Positions 20,844-31,287 of a stretch of DNA of 64,000 nt are shown here, piece by piece. The notes under the pieces were generated by a model. The model saw nothing but the letters and a program-made list of their open reading frames with translations, was not told the DNA's origin and made no database searches. Positions within the stretch are counted from its first letter, which is position 1. The number at the start of each line of letters is the position of its first letter. The stretch comes from an uncultured archaeon (GTDB lineage: Archaea > Asgardarchaeota > Thorarchaeia > Thorarchaeales > Thorarchaeaceae): the NCBI GenBank assembly GCA_964558645.1, contig CAZLEV010000003.1:64001-128000 (forward strand), written 5' to 3'. A program made the position numbers and the translations under genes.

Positions 20844-21905
20844 ATGGTGTATAAGATGAAGAATAACAGCAATTTTACAATTCTTGCGCACACAGACTAT
20901 CTCATTGATGTAGCTGAAAGGCGTAGTCGTGGAGAAACGCATGTTTTCGAACGTAGACACTACCCAGTTCTGAAAGAAGGAGGAGTGAACGTCATTTGTG
21001 ATCACGTTGGCGGTGGCACTAATATGTTCTCTCTTTTCCCCTTGAGTAAAATAGTTACAAATGCAGACCCTCTTGAGCGGTCGCTGAGCGGGATAGATTA
21101 CATGCGGAGTGAAGCGCAAGAGAGCACAGAGAGGGTTTCCATAATCACTCAGTACAGTGATTTCGAGCAAATCGTGGGAGAAAAAAACCTGGGAATAGTG
21201 CTGTGCTTACAGGGAGGTTCGCCGATTCGGCAAGACTTAGCTCTTCTTCGCACCTTTTATCGACTCGGGATTCGATGCCTGCATCTCACAGCAAACCGAA
21301 GGAATCAGATATCTGATAGCTGCATGGGGCGAACTAGTGGCGGACTGACAGAGTTTGGTGTCAGTGTTGTAGAAGAGATGAATAGACTTGGCATGGTGAT
21401 AGACATCTCACAGCTCTCACCGAAGGGATGCCACGATGTACTTGAGTTATCTTCCGATCCAGTAATAGCTTCGAATTCTAATGCCAAATCACTTTGTAGC
21501 CATCCGCGGAATCTTGATGACGATGTCATAGAGAAAGTCGGGTCAAACGGTGGAGTTATCTGTATCCACTGTCTACCTGCTTTTCTTGTTGATTCAGGAC
21601 AGGCATCAGTCAGAGATATGGTCAGACATATTGAATGTATAGATGGCCTCATTGGTATAGAACATGTGGGGGTTGGCCCCGATTTGCTTGAGAACTGGCC
21701 TGAAGAACAGCATGCCGCCATATGGGAATCGGGACAGGATCTGGGTAACAAGACGATACAGTTTGAATACCCCGACGGGTTTCAGAGTATCTCTGATATG
21801 CCTAATCTACGTGCGAGCCTGCTGGAGCAAGGGTATTCTGAGGATGATGTGAGTGGAGTAATGGGCAACAACCTTCTGAGAGTCTTTCGCCGTGTATGGA
21901 AGTAG
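20844..21905 (+). CDS. Membrane dipeptidase (M19) family amidohydrolase with altered metal ligands
   Basis: HTD, GLTEFG, EMNRLGMVIDIS, HPRNL, GIEHVGVGPD, GNNLLRV; LQGG, DISQ and ASNS replace the canonical EG, DxSH and xSHS. Confidence 0.88.
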   Translation: MVYKMKNNSNFTILAHTDYLIDVAERRSRGETHVFERRHYPVLKEGGVNVICDHVGGGTNMFSLFPLSKIVTNADPLERSLSGIDYMRSEAQESTERVSIITQYSDFEQIVGEKNLGIVLCLQGGSPIRQDLALLRTFYRLGIRCLHLTANRRNQISDSCMGRTSGGLTEFGVSVVEEMNRLGMVIDISQLSPKGCHDVLELSSDPVIASNSNAKSLCSHPRNLDDDVIEKVGSNGGVICIHCLPAFLVDSGQASVRDMVRHIECIDGLIGIEHVGVGPDLLENWPEEQHAAIWESGQDLGNKTIQFEYPDGFQSISDMPNLRASLLEQGYSEDDVSGVMGNNLLRVFRRVWK

Positions 21906-22584
21906 TAATGATGCATATCGCTACTGAATTCAAAGGAGTTATTTGAACTGCTCATGTGGATGTGCCGATAATCTGCAGATACAGGCTTTCTATGGTCTTG
22001 TCTTGAACCTCATTACGATTCGCCCGTTCATCTAAACTCCCTTCTGTTTGGAGAGCAACATGCAAAGGGTCACTGCCATCATTCCATCATTGAGAGTATG
22101 CCTGCCGAAACAAGCATCGATTAGCGAGTCAAACACCGCGATGAAGGTAAGGCATGGGGGGTTCATCCCCCACTCTGCGAAGAGCAAAGATTGGTTTTGT
22201 CTTTGCGATAGGTACCTCTACCTTCAGTAATAGTTCCCTCTTTCCCTCTGATTAGGGGAATGCCTGCTGTTGCAGCCAACGAGAGTACACACGCTGTAAT
22301 GAACCTTCCCAGCGATCTTGGCTCTAAGATTGCTGTTCTGATAGTGATTACAACTGCGCTCTCATGAGCCGTGGTTGGGGGTCAGCGATGCAGTTTCGCA
22401 CTCTAGCGACTAGATCTAGGGGTTTTGTGTACTCCAGTTAGAGACCAGATCTGTACCCACATTCCTAGTTCTCAGGTTTCTGTCGACCTCAGTGTAATGG
22501 ACTGCTGGGACTACGCTCATGAGTCAAGGCAGACCATCGGCCCTATTCAGAGATTACACGACCGATTCACAAGGCATCGGGTTA

Positions 22585-23670
22585 TCACAATCTGTATTCG
22601 ACGTACTTTCCACCGCATGGAGAAGAATTGGCCACCCAGCACATCCTCTCCTTTGGTTGAAGGATGACGTTGCTTCGTGTTTGTATCCCTTCGCCGTGTC
22701 TACAGATTGAATTCGCGCCGTTTGGAGGCACATTTCCGTACTTGTGATCACTCATTATTTGCTTGGTTCTCTCAAAATCCAATTGACCGTAGTTATCAGT
22801 AAGCAGCTCCACGAGTCTGTCGTACCGTGCATAAGATGATGGATATTGATCTCGCGAAGCAGGTCCAAGGTATCTCATTTCTTTATTGTGATAATGGTTG
22901 GTGGAAACAATGAAATGATTCTTAGACTGAACGATGAAGAGCTTGTTCGTTGAGAAGCTTATTCTTGCGATGTTTCCGCCAGCGTCCACAATGTCAACAT
23001 TCTCACCTGCATGAGACCACTTTGGAACTTGCTTCACGTAATCAATGAATTCATCTACTGTACTGCAGGATTCTAGCCCGATTCTGGTGGCTATCAAAGG
23101 TGGCAGTCCAACTCCTCCGCCCCTCAGCTGTCGGATGCCCGATCCCACAAAGGTCAGTCCCTTCTGATTGAAACCGATTACCGATGGCCTACCAAGATTG
23201 CCTGCCAATCCCCGTCCTATGAAGCTGTACCGTTTCTTTGGATTGATGCGGAAAGTGAAGCCAATCCGCTTGTTCATCATATCTGGTGACCAGTCGGAGT
23301 TCTGACTCGCTATTTGCATTCCGTTTCGAGTGGCACTTCCTGAGGCCACAAATGACGAACACTGAGGAAGCGCATGTGAAACAGTGTCCCGGATTTCCCA
23401 GAAGAAGAGAATGAGCAAAGCTAAGGAGTAAGGAATTCCTGATCCGTCAGATATTCCCCTGGTTTCATCCAATATCTCGGGATGTGTGTTAGACAATAGC
23501 AGCTCGTAGCTATCAACAGCCTTCTCATAGGCACTCTCAGAAATGCCAAGGGTTGCCATGTCCTCTCTGACAAACGGAACCACCGTCTGTACAATGGTCG
23601 CTTGAAGCTCCTCGCCGTGTTGTCGGCCTATATCATAGTGTGACCCTTGGAGTCGAACCAGATCATTCAT
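22585..23670 (-). CDS. C45 family Ntn hydrolase (acyl-CoA:6-APA acyltransferase-like)
   Basis: GSHYDIGRQHG, QCSSF nucleophile Cys, QNSDW, TNHY, SICRH. Confidence 0.88.
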   Translation of the reverse strand: MNDLVRLQGSHYDIGRQHGEELQATIVQTVVPFVREDMATLGISESAYEKAVDSYELLLSNTHPEILDETRGISDGSGIPYSLALLILFFWEIRDTVSHALPQCSSFVASGSATRNGMQIASQNSDWSPDMMNKRIGFTFRINPKKRYSFIGRGLAGNLGRPSVIGFNQKGLTFVGSGIRQLRGGGVGLPPLIATRIGLESCSTVDEFIDYVKQVPKWSHAGENVDIVDAGGNIARISFSTNKLFIVQSKNHFIVSTNHYHNKEMRYLGPASRDQYPSSYARYDRLVELLTDNYGQLDFERTKQIMSDHKYGNVPPNGANSICRHGEGIQTRSNVILQPKERMCWVANSSPCGGKYVEYRL

Positions 23671-23749
23671 TTCTTACGTCCCTCGCATGAACGTAGACTC
23701 TCTCGAGTTGGGCACATCTTTTTCAGAGGTTGATTCCAGTTCAGATTAT

Positions 23750-24832
23750 TCAGTTCCATATGCTCACTTCTTGATATTGGTTTATGCATGGGGGTCCATG
23801 AGAAATCATCATCCTTACATTCGTCAGGTCAATGATCATGGACGCATTTGTCTGCATCTGGCGCAGGCTGGGAAGCTTCTCATCAGGATGGCGACAGACC
23901 GAGTGCGGTTTGCTGAAGTGATCCGTGAAAACTCTCTTGAAACTCTCGATTGATAAAGAGCCTACTTCCGATGAAAGAATCTTGTCCGCGCGATGTTTTC
24001 TGATTAGAGTGTCAGGCGATTTGAGTACCTTGTTATCTGTTACCTTTGGGTTGTTGGCTGTAAAGTGATTCGTATGGGTCAGAAAACCCGTTGAAGGAAA
24101 GATGAAGTCTGCAGTCTTTGGAGTGGCTTCAATGTCAACGCATTCGCCATCGACATGTGTGACGAGGTAGTTATGGGATGAACACCTGGGGACGGCAGTT
24201 ACAGCCTTTATTGCGTCGACAAAATTACTGCTAGAGAGTATTCCTCGTTTGATGAAGAGGTGCGGGATTCCTTCCATTGACCAACCACTGGAAAGCAGGG
24301 AATTCGCACAGAGGCCGATACCTGCTGAATTAATCCCATTGCCGCCGATTGTTCCGGCCTCAGTGAACTGGAAAATGTCTGGACCCTCTTTCTGTTTTAT
24401 CCTAAGAAGAATGTGGGTCTGCTGAAACAACTCGCTCCAATCGTCGTTCTGACCGATGAGTGTGGTTCTTTCCTCTGTGCACTCCGGAAGTGCAGCAATC
24501 GTTGTGCAACCACTCCATACGCCATCTACCTTCAGACTGAAAAACTCGTAGACGGAATTCAGAAAGAGAATGACATCAAAGGTTGTATTCGCGCCTTCAG
24601 AGATTCCCTCCATTTCCTCTATCATTCTGGCGTCATATCTCTCTACGTGTTTTTGACATTCTTCTGCCTTCCGGACTGCCTTCTCCCAAGAGAGGCCGAA
24701 ATAGTCCTCCGAGTCGATAAGGGACCGAAGAATCTCTACTCTCTTGGCAATAAGCTTTGCGCACTTTGAACCATATTCGTGTCCCCGCTCGTACGGAGCT
24801 CCTTGGATGCTGATTTGTGGAAATTTGTTCAT
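23750..24832 (-). CDS. C45 family Ntn hydrolase
   Basis: GAPYERGHEYG, GCTT, GQNDDW, GINSAGI, HTNHF, SVCRH; ATG at 24832 (ORF track 24892). Confidence 0.9.
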   Translation of the reverse strand: MNKFPQISIQGAPYERGHEYGSKCAKLIAKRVEILRSLIDSEDYFGLSWEKAVRKAEECQKHVERYDARMIEEMEGISEGANTTFDVILFLNSVYEFFSLKVDGVWSGCTTIAALPECTEERTTLIGQNDDWSELFQQTHILLRIKQKEGPDIFQFTEAGTIGGNGINSAGIGLCANSLLSSGWSMEGIPHLFIKRGILSSSNFVDAIKAVTAVPRCSSHNYLVTHVDGECVDIEATPKTADFIFPSTGFLTHTNHFTANNPKVTDNKVLKSPDTLIRKHRADKILSSEVGSLSIESFKRVFTDHFSKPHSVCRHPDEKLPSLRQMQTNASMIIDLTNVRMMISHGPPCINQYQEVSIWN

Positions 24833-24845
24833 TCGACCTTGACTC

Positions 24846-25349
24846 CTATTGGCCGTGTGTCCTGCTTGTCTGGTCAGACGCGTTGTGTCCAAATGTTATT
24901 TCATCATCAAGACCAATCTCCAAGGTTGCTGTTGTCCTATCTAATGTTGTCTTCATGATGCGTTTGAGGTTCTCTGATTCAGCATAGACCAAAATGTTGA
25001 GATGATTTGGCTCGTGAATGTCGCTGAAACCGACAACCCTCCCAATTCGCATGTCGCTGATGTGTACATCTTCACCCACCACAATGATGCCTCCTGAAGT
25101 GACTTCGAAGAAACCTAAATACAGGACAGATTCCACTACATCACCTGGCGAAACACCATCCTGATCGGTAGCTGTAATCTCTACGACGGTGTATCTTGGG
25201 AACGACCTGCTTCGCGGGAACATGAGATTTGTCCCCCTTTTCAGTAGCCTTAGGCCTGAAACCGCGACCATCTTCCCAAGGACAGCTCTCTTCTTTGAAC
25301 TCGCCCAATGGTCTGGTATCTTCTCACTTTGATATGGTTCATCTGTCAT
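24846..25349 (-). CDS. DUF6917-like hypothetical protein
   Basis: RG..L..PRSR, YLGFFEV..GG.IVVG, GFSDIHEPNHLNI pattern. Confidence 0.6.
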   Translation of the reverse strand: MTDEPYQSEKIPDHWASSKKRAVLGKMVAVSGLRLLKRGTNLMFPRSRSFPRYTVVEITATDQDGVSPGDVVESVLYLGFFEVTSGGIIVVGEDVHISDMRIGRVVGFSDIHEPNHLNILVYAESENLKRIMKTTLDRTTATLEIGLDDEITFGHNASDQTSRTHGQ

Positions 25350-25560
25350 TTTGGTGGTCTCAAGGATTATTTGTGCTAATTTAGAGAATTATTGGAGCGT
25401 GGAGTAATATTGCCTTTATTTCTTTCGTTTTTTCATTCACCTGTGAGTACTCCATTAGGTAAGATACTGGGTCTTGAATCCAAAGGCAGTTTCGAAGCGC
25501 CAATTGTTGCCAAGATTTCGGGCTCAAGGGTGATCCACTGGATTCACGTTCACAGATATG

Positions 25561-26859
25561 TTAAGAGATGGGGTTGAAGATTTTCTCAAGAATATCAGTA
25601 GCCTTGTCAATATCCGCTTCTGTGGTAATCAGGGGCGGACAAAGACGAAGGGTGTTGTGATATACTCCGCCTGGAAACATAAGGAGTCCGTTCTTTGCTG
25701 AAGCCTCAATTATCGCTGCTGTTTCTTCCGGTGCCGGTTCATTAGTATTCGTTTCTTTGACCAGTTCTATTCCGAGCAGCAATCCGCATCCCCTAATCTG
25801 TCCGACAAGTGGATGCTCCCCGAGGATGTCATGGAGTCTTCTTCGAAGGTACTTCCCTGTTCTTGCGCATTGCTCAAGCAGGCTCTTTTCTTCAATTAGT
25901 GAGATAGTTGCAAGTGCAGCTGCACACGCAACAGGATTTCCTGAGAAAGTCCCTCCACCTCTGAAATGGGTCATGATATCCTTTCGCCCTATCACCGCCC
26001 CTAATGATAGCCCAGACGCCAAAGGTTTCGCCATATAGAGGAGATCAACTTCGACCTCCCAATTCTGAACGCCAAACCATTTTCCCGTCCTACCCATCCC
26101 AGTGACAACTTCATCAACTGCAATTAGGATTCCATATTCGTCACATAGTCTTCGCAGACCTTTCATGTATCCTTCGGGTAGAGGGACAACCCCTCCGTGT
26201 ACTTGTACGGGCTCTATGAAGAACACTGCTGTTTCGTCAGGGGGTATAACCTCGGTTTCAAGCTGATAACGGATGAATTCGAGGCATTCAAGTCTGCATG
26301 ATTCAGCTTCCCTGCTGAAGGGGCACCTGAAGCAGTATGGATATGGCACGTATAGAATGCCTGGCACTTGAGGGACACCGTACTTTCTGCCGTCAGGGCT
26401 TGTATTCAGTGCAAGTGCCCCCATAGAGGTCTGACCGTGAAAGCAACCGAAAGTACAGACCGCCATAGGTCTTCCAGAGTACTGTCTTGCTAATCTTAGA
26501 GAGAGTTCAGTAGCCTGAGAACCTGTGTTGCAGAATCCCACCATTCCCGACGACAACTCTTTTGGGGCTATTCTTTTGAGGGTCTCTGCAAGCACAACTC
26601 TCTGTTCGTTCATTACCCAGCCAAGTGATGTCAATCCTGTATGTTCTAGTTGCGTCATCACAGCTGACATGACTTCTGGAGGACAGTGGCCAAGATTGGC
26701 TGTCTGTCCCCCCGATGTGAAGTCGAGGTAGGAACGCCCCTGAATATCTTTCAGATGGATACCTTCCGCTTGAGTAATGAGCATGGAGGGGAATCTGTAG
26801 TTACGTGCGCATGATTCTGCGTTTCTTTCTATCCATGTGTTTTCCATTTCTTGTTTCAT
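25561..26859 (-). CDS. Class III aminotransferase (4-aminobutyrate/ornithine aminotransferase-like)
   Basis: YLDFTSG, TGSQATE, FHGQT, IEPVQ, DEVVTGMGRTG, MAKPLASG, GGTFSGNP. Confidence 0.93.
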   Translation of the reverse strand: MKQEMENTWIERNAESCARNYRFPSMLITQAEGIHLKDIQGRSYLDFTSGGQTANLGHCPPEVMSAVMTQLEHTGLTSLGWVMNEQRVVLAETLKRIAPKELSSGMVGFCNTGSQATELSLRLARQYSGRPMAVCTFGCFHGQTSMGALALNTSPDGRKYGVPQVPGILYVPYPYCFRCPFSREAESCRLECLEFIRYQLETEVIPPDETAVFFIEPVQVHGGVVPLPEGYMKGLRRLCDEYGILIAVDEVVTGMGRTGKWFGVQNWEVEVDLLYMAKPLASGLSLGAVIGRKDIMTHFRGGGTFSGNPVACAAALATISLIEEKSLLEQCARTGKYLRRRLHDILGEHPLVGQIRGCGLLLGIELVKETNTNEPAPEETAAIIEASAKNGLLMFPGGVYHNTLRLCPPLITTEADIDKATDILEKIFNPIS

Positions 26860-26903
26860 CTCGCATAAAGGTGATAATTGATCTACACGTGAACGATGTC
26901 TGG

Positions 26904-26934
26904 AAAAAAAGAGAGAAGCGCCCCGAAGGGCGCT
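26904..26934 (-). terminator. Intrinsic-type terminator downstream of the SBP gene
   Basis: Minus strand AGCGCCC-TTCG-GGGCGCT (cUUCGg tetraloop) followed by TCTCTCTTTTTTT. Confidence 0.75.
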
Positions 26935-26966
26935 AGGAGGATCAGCAGTTCCAATGTTCTTCTAGG

Positions 26967-28586
26967 CTACGCGAAGTAGGCTCTGTGGTAATTGACATCC
27001 CACTGAAGCCCACCGAACCAGATACCTTGCAAGGAGGCGTCTCCGAACTGGAAGAGCTTAGGCCTGTAGAGGAAGATATTCGGAACCCATTCTGCCCAGA
27101 GTTCCTGAAGTTCGGTGACAAGCTCAATGAACTCGGTTTCGTTTGTTGTTCCTGCAGCTTGGGCGATGAGATCATCTATCGCAGGATAGAGGGGACCCAT
27201 GTCGCCTTCTGTGACTTTGCATCTGCCAGTTCCGTATCCATAGGAGGACATGAATGGAACGTTCCAGTTGTCTGCTGCTGGATAGTCTGCTCTCCACCGC
27301 CACAAGGTCATCTCCTGATTGTCAGTATTCCTGTACTGGTCTCTGAAGACACCAATTTCTTGAGTTTCGATTGTCACATCGAAGCCCGCGGCTAGGGCGT
27401 ATTCCTTAATGACCTGAAGCATATCGGCCTCCCGCGATGTGTAGCTACCCGAAGTGTAGATTGTCATCTCAATAGGAGTTTCGTATCCTGCGTCATCAAT
27501 GAGTTGGAGAGCCGTTGCCGGTTCATAGTCATAGGGGGAGACTTCAGCATACCCTGCGTACTCCGCGGGTAAGTAGCTGTAGAGCCTGTCTGCTTCGCCC
27601 TCGTAGACGGTATCAATGATAACGTCGTAGTTTATGGCGTAAGCAAAGGCCTGTCGCAGTAGCTTGTTGTTTGGGAATGTGTCGTGGACTGTGGTGTTAA
27701 AGTTGAATTGCAGCCAACGTGCAGAAGAAGCTGTGCTTATGTCGTAGCTCTGCAAGTCAGGATTTTCCAGAAGACTTGGATAGTCGTCTTCATTGAGTAC
27801 TCCTAGGCTAAGATCGACAGTTCCACGCTCAAGTGCCAGCTTAAGTGTAGAGGCATCTGGAATCACGATGTACTCAAGGGTCTGAATGCGATGGGTTTCA
27901 CCGGGAACTGCGTTCCACCAGTCAAGATGCGCATCGAGTATTGCTTCTTGATCTGTAACATAACTGGTGAGCTGGTATGGACCAGTACCGATATACTCGC
28001 CTTCATAGATTTCTAGTCCTGCGTCCCGTGCGGCCTCTGATGCAGTTGGACTGGGAATCTTACCCGGGACGGCGGCCAGCATGTATCTAAAAGCAACGTT
28101 TGGATAATTGAGAACAAATCGCACGGTGTAGGTATCAACAATCTCTGTCCTGTTAAGGAGAGCTTGATGGAACATGTATGTTATACCTTGCTGGATCTCA
28201 AACATGGAATCGAAGTGATCCTTGACAGCTGTTGCGTTGAAATCTGTCCCGTCCTGGAACTTGACGCCTTGTCGAAGAGAGAACGTCCATGTCAGACCAT
28301 CTTCGGAAACCTCGCCCATATCTGCCGCAAGAACAGGTTCAAGCTCGAAGATTTCTCCGTATTCATAACCAAACAGACCCTCGTAGATCTGCCTGATAAG
28401 ATCATTGTCTCCTCCTCTCGCTGTCTGAGGATGAAGGTTTCTTCCTATTTCTACTGGAGCCCCAAGAACCAAGGTAGTCCTGTCCTCAGCAGTTGTGGGA
28501 GTCAGTTGCCAAAGGTAAAGCAGACCTGCACTTTGGATTATAACTATAATCACCAGGACTGTAATTACCATCTTCTCTTTTTTCAA
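26967..28586 (-). CDS. ABC transporter substrate-binding protein, family 5 (Opp/DppA)
   Basis: N-terminal TM anchor, IYEGL, SEDGLTWTFSLRQGVKFQDGTDFNA, GTGPY, LRQAFAYAIN. Confidence 0.93.
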   Translation of the reverse strand: MKKEKMVITVLVIIVIIQSAGLLYLWQLTPTTAEDRTTLVLGAPVEIGRNLHPQTARGGDNDLIRQIYEGLFGYEYGEIFELEPVLAADMGEVSEDGLTWTFSLRQGVKFQDGTDFNATAVKDHFDSMFEIQQGITYMFHQALLNRTEIVDTYTVRFVLNYPNVAFRYMLAAVPGKIPSPTASEAARDAGLEIYEGEYIGTGPYQLTSYVTDQEAILDAHLDWWNAVPGETHRIQTLEYIVIPDASTLKLALERGTVDLSLGVLNEDDYPSLLENPDLQSYDISTASSARWLQFNFNTTVHDTFPNNKLLRQAFAYAINYDVIIDTVYEGEADRLYSYLPAEYAGYAEVSPYDYEPATALQLIDDAGYETPIEMTIYTSGSYTSREADMLQVIKEYALAAGFDVTIETQEIGVFRDQYRNTDNQEMTLWRWRADYPAADNWNVPFMSSYGYGTGRCKVTEGDMGPLYPAIDDLIAQAAGTTNETEFIELVTELQELWAEWVPNIFLYRPKLFQFGDASLQGIWFGGLQWDVNYHRAYFA

Positions 28587-28720
28587 TCTTATTTACTCCT
28601 TCTCGTGTTTTTTCGATGGGAATAGTATATTCGTTATAGTCGAGCCATATAAAAAAGTACCGACCAATAATCTATTCTCTCCATACATATATAACGGGAT
28701 ATCCTATGAGTTTCAAGATT

Positions 28721-29848
28721 CTATAGGCGATATTTGGCATATTTGCCTTTACACGGGTTTCCGTCTGAGATCCAGAACTCCTTTCGACTCGGCAATGAGA
28801 TCATATTGGATAATGTGTGATGTGTTTCTCCGTGTCGGCAAATGGAGTTGTTTCCTTCAGGTGGTTGGTCACCGTACTTATGATCTGACATAATAGTCTG
28901 AACTCCATTAAGGTCTATGTGGCCATACTTTTCCCATCCGAGTTCTACTAACCTTTCATATCTTTTGAAAGTCGACATATAGTCTTCGACGCTTCTGGGC
29001 CCGAAATTCCTCATCTCCGGATTGTGATAGTGGTTTGTTGAAACAACGAAGTGGTTCCTCGTCTGTATAGTCATTATTCTCTTGGTTGAGAATGATATTC
29101 TTGCCATGTTTCCTTCACTGTCCACGACATCGACATTCTCTCCTGCGTGTGAGTAGTATGGTATTCTTCTCACCAGTTGAACGAATTCATCAACGCTACT
29201 ACATCTCTCGAGCCCAATTCTCGTTATTATCAGAGGCGGAAAACCGAAATCAGCATCTCTGAATTGAACAATGCCAGAACCCACGAATGCTAATCCCTTT
29301 TCATTAAATCCAATTACGGAGTTTCGACCAAGATTACCGGCTAGTCCTCTTCCAATGAAACGATATCGACCTTCGGGACTAATATGAAAGACTTGAGCTA
29401 GGCCTTTTCCATGCATCGTAAGGGGCCAATCCGAGTTCTGTGTTGCAATAGGCATTTCGTCAGCTGTTGCATCTCCAGCTGCCACAAAGGAAGAGCAATC
29501 GGAATCACCTGTCGCGGTAGGCGTTGAATCGACAGATGCACCTTTGGTGTGGCTCACAGTATCTCTGACCTCCCAGAAGAACAGAAGCATCAGTGCAGTC
29601 TCATAATCCAATTCGGCTCCTTCAGCAAGCCCTCTGGCCTCGTCAATGACTTCTGGAAACTCTGATCCGATGAGATCTTCATATCTCTTGGTTATTTTTC
29701 TGATGCCTTCATTTGAGAGGGCAAGTTCCTTCATTTCTGTTTCCACAAAGGGAATCACGTTGTTCGAAATGATACTTTGCAGTTGAGTTCCATGCTGCAC
29801 GCCTATTTCGTAATGGCTACCTGTAAATCGGTGCATTTTCTGTGTCAT
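28721..29848 (-). CDS. C45 family Ntn hydrolase (close paralog of 22585..23670)
   Basis: DCSSF nucleophile, QNSDW; shares GRGLAGNLGR, SHAGENVD and STNHYHN with the 22585 gene. Confidence 0.9.
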   Translation of the reverse strand: MTQKMHRFTGSHYEIGVQHGTQLQSIISNNVIPFVETEMKELALSNEGIRKITKRYEDLIGSEFPEVIDEARGLAEGAELDYETALMLLFFWEVRDTVSHTKGASVDSTPTATGDSDCSSFVAAGDATADEMPIATQNSDWPLTMHGKGLAQVFHISPEGRYRFIGRGLAGNLGRNSVIGFNEKGLAFVGSGIVQFRDADFGFPPLIITRIGLERCSSVDEFVQLVRRIPYYSHAGENVDVVDSEGNMARISFSTKRIMTIQTRNHFVVSTNHYHNPEMRNFGPRSVEDYMSTFKRYERLVELGWEKYGHIDLNGVQTIMSDHKYGDQPPEGNNSICRHGETHHTLSNMISLPSRKEFWISDGNPCKGKYAKYRL

Positions 29849-30254
29849 ATTATATCGACTCTGGAATAAAGGAGCATTCCCGCAATAAATAGGTTACTTC
29901 TTCTGTTATATTGAGGATAAAACTCGATTATCAGACTTCAGCTGCAGCGCTTCTGTGTCCGGCATACAAGGTGCTGCTATATTCCTTTCTCAATTCTTCT
30001 TCAATGCTACAGGTAGTCGCCTCTTTAGTCAAGTACAGTCACGGCGTATCTGAGTTCTGAGAAGACGTGAAACAAATCGGACACAACACCGAGACTTGTT
30101 GTGGGACGGGATTCTAGTAGCGAGGGAGCATTAGAGCACCAAGGTTTCTCTTTTTGAGAATAGTCTCCCCGGGCGCACCTGGGTTAAAGCGCGTGAGCCA
30201 TTTCCGGCTACGACGATTTCCTGCAACCGGAACAGAAGGTTTGCAGCAGTTGAG

Positions 30255-31283
30255 TCAACTCTCTTCAATCCAGTTGCCGACCCCATGGCAAGCAACCCTC
30301 CTTCCTCCGAACTCCCTAAGCTGTGGTTCATCTGTCCTGCAGATGTCCTTAGAATATATACATCGTGTACTAAATCTACATCCAGGTGGTAAATCGACTG
30401 CGCTAGGCATCTCATCTTCAGATGGGAGCGATTGGAGGTGATGCTTGGTTCTAGGGTCGAGCGTAGCCAGTGCTGACTTGAGGAGCATGGTATATGGGTG
30501 ATACGGTTCTTCCAAGACATCCTTGCTTGGTCCTTCTTCTGCTATCCGTCCGAGATACATAATGCCAATCGTCTTGCACATGTACTGGGCGCTAGCCAAA
30601 TCGTGCGTTATGAGCAACATGGTGAGATCATGCTCATCCTTCAGTTGTCGAAGGAGGTTGAGTATTCCAGCTCTGACTGATAAATCCAACATGGAAACAG
30701 GCTCATCTGCCACTATGAATTTGGGGTTCAGCGCAAGTGCCCTTGCAATACTGAGTCTCTGCCGTTGCCCGCCACTAATCTGATTGGGATGTTTGCTGAG
30801 GAAGACTTCCGGAGGCACTAATCCAACATCTTCAAGGAGCTTGTAGACTCTTTCGTCCTTTTCTTCTTTGCACTCGCATATCTTATGGATTCGAAACGGC
30901 TCAGTGAGTATCTCGTCGGCCGTCAGCCTGACGGGCAGACTTGAGAATGGATCCTGATAGATAATCTGCATCTCGCGACGAAATGGTTTCATCTTCTTTC
31001 TTCCAAGATGGGAGATGTCATGACCCATGAATTGTAGAGATCCGTCGGTGGGTTCTAATAGCCGAATCAGAAGCTTTCCGAGTGTAGTCTTTCCACAGCC
31101 ACTCTCTCCTACTATGCCATACGTGGTCCCATCTTCAATCACGATGTCAACTCCATCGACGGCCTTGACATATGCGTTTGGGGCTCTGGATATGATTGCG
31201 CCGAGTCCCTTGCTTAGAGGGAACCATTTCTTCAAGTTCTGAGTCTGGATTATAGCTCGTTTGGCTTCATCTCTGCCTGACAT
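30255..31283 (-). CDS. Oligopeptide/dipeptide ABC ATP-binding protein (OppF/DppF)
   Basis: GESGCGKTT, ISGGQRQR, DEPVSMLD, C-terminal GCRFSTRC...VACH; ATG at 31283 (ORF track 31364). Confidence 0.93.
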   Translation of the reverse strand: MSGRDEAKRAIIQTQNLKKWFPLSKGLGAIISRAPNAYVKAVDGVDIVIEDGTTYGIVGESGCGKTTLGKLLIRLLEPTDGSLQFMGHDISHLGRKKMKPFRREMQIIYQDPFSSLPVRLTADEILTEPFRIHKICECKEEKDERVYKLLEDVGLVPPEVFLSKHPNQISGGQRQRLSIARALALNPKFIVADEPVSMLDLSVRAGILNLLRQLKDEHDLTMLLITHDLASAQYMCKTIGIMYLGRIAEEGPSKDVLEEPYHPYTMLLKSALATLDPRTKHHLQSLPSEDEMPSAVDLPPGCRFSTRCIYSKDICRTDEPQLREFGGRRVACHGVGNWIEES

Positions 31284-31287
31284 TGAA

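Noticed and set aside
21906-22584. Possible gene or ncRNA in the 680-bp gap between convergent operons
   Set aside because: Only short ORFs without recognisable motifs, and no convincing structure or repeat
22585-29848. Beta-lactam (penicillin) biosynthesis suggested by the C45 AAT-like genes
   Set aside because: No ACV synthetase or IPNS; the context is import and catabolism
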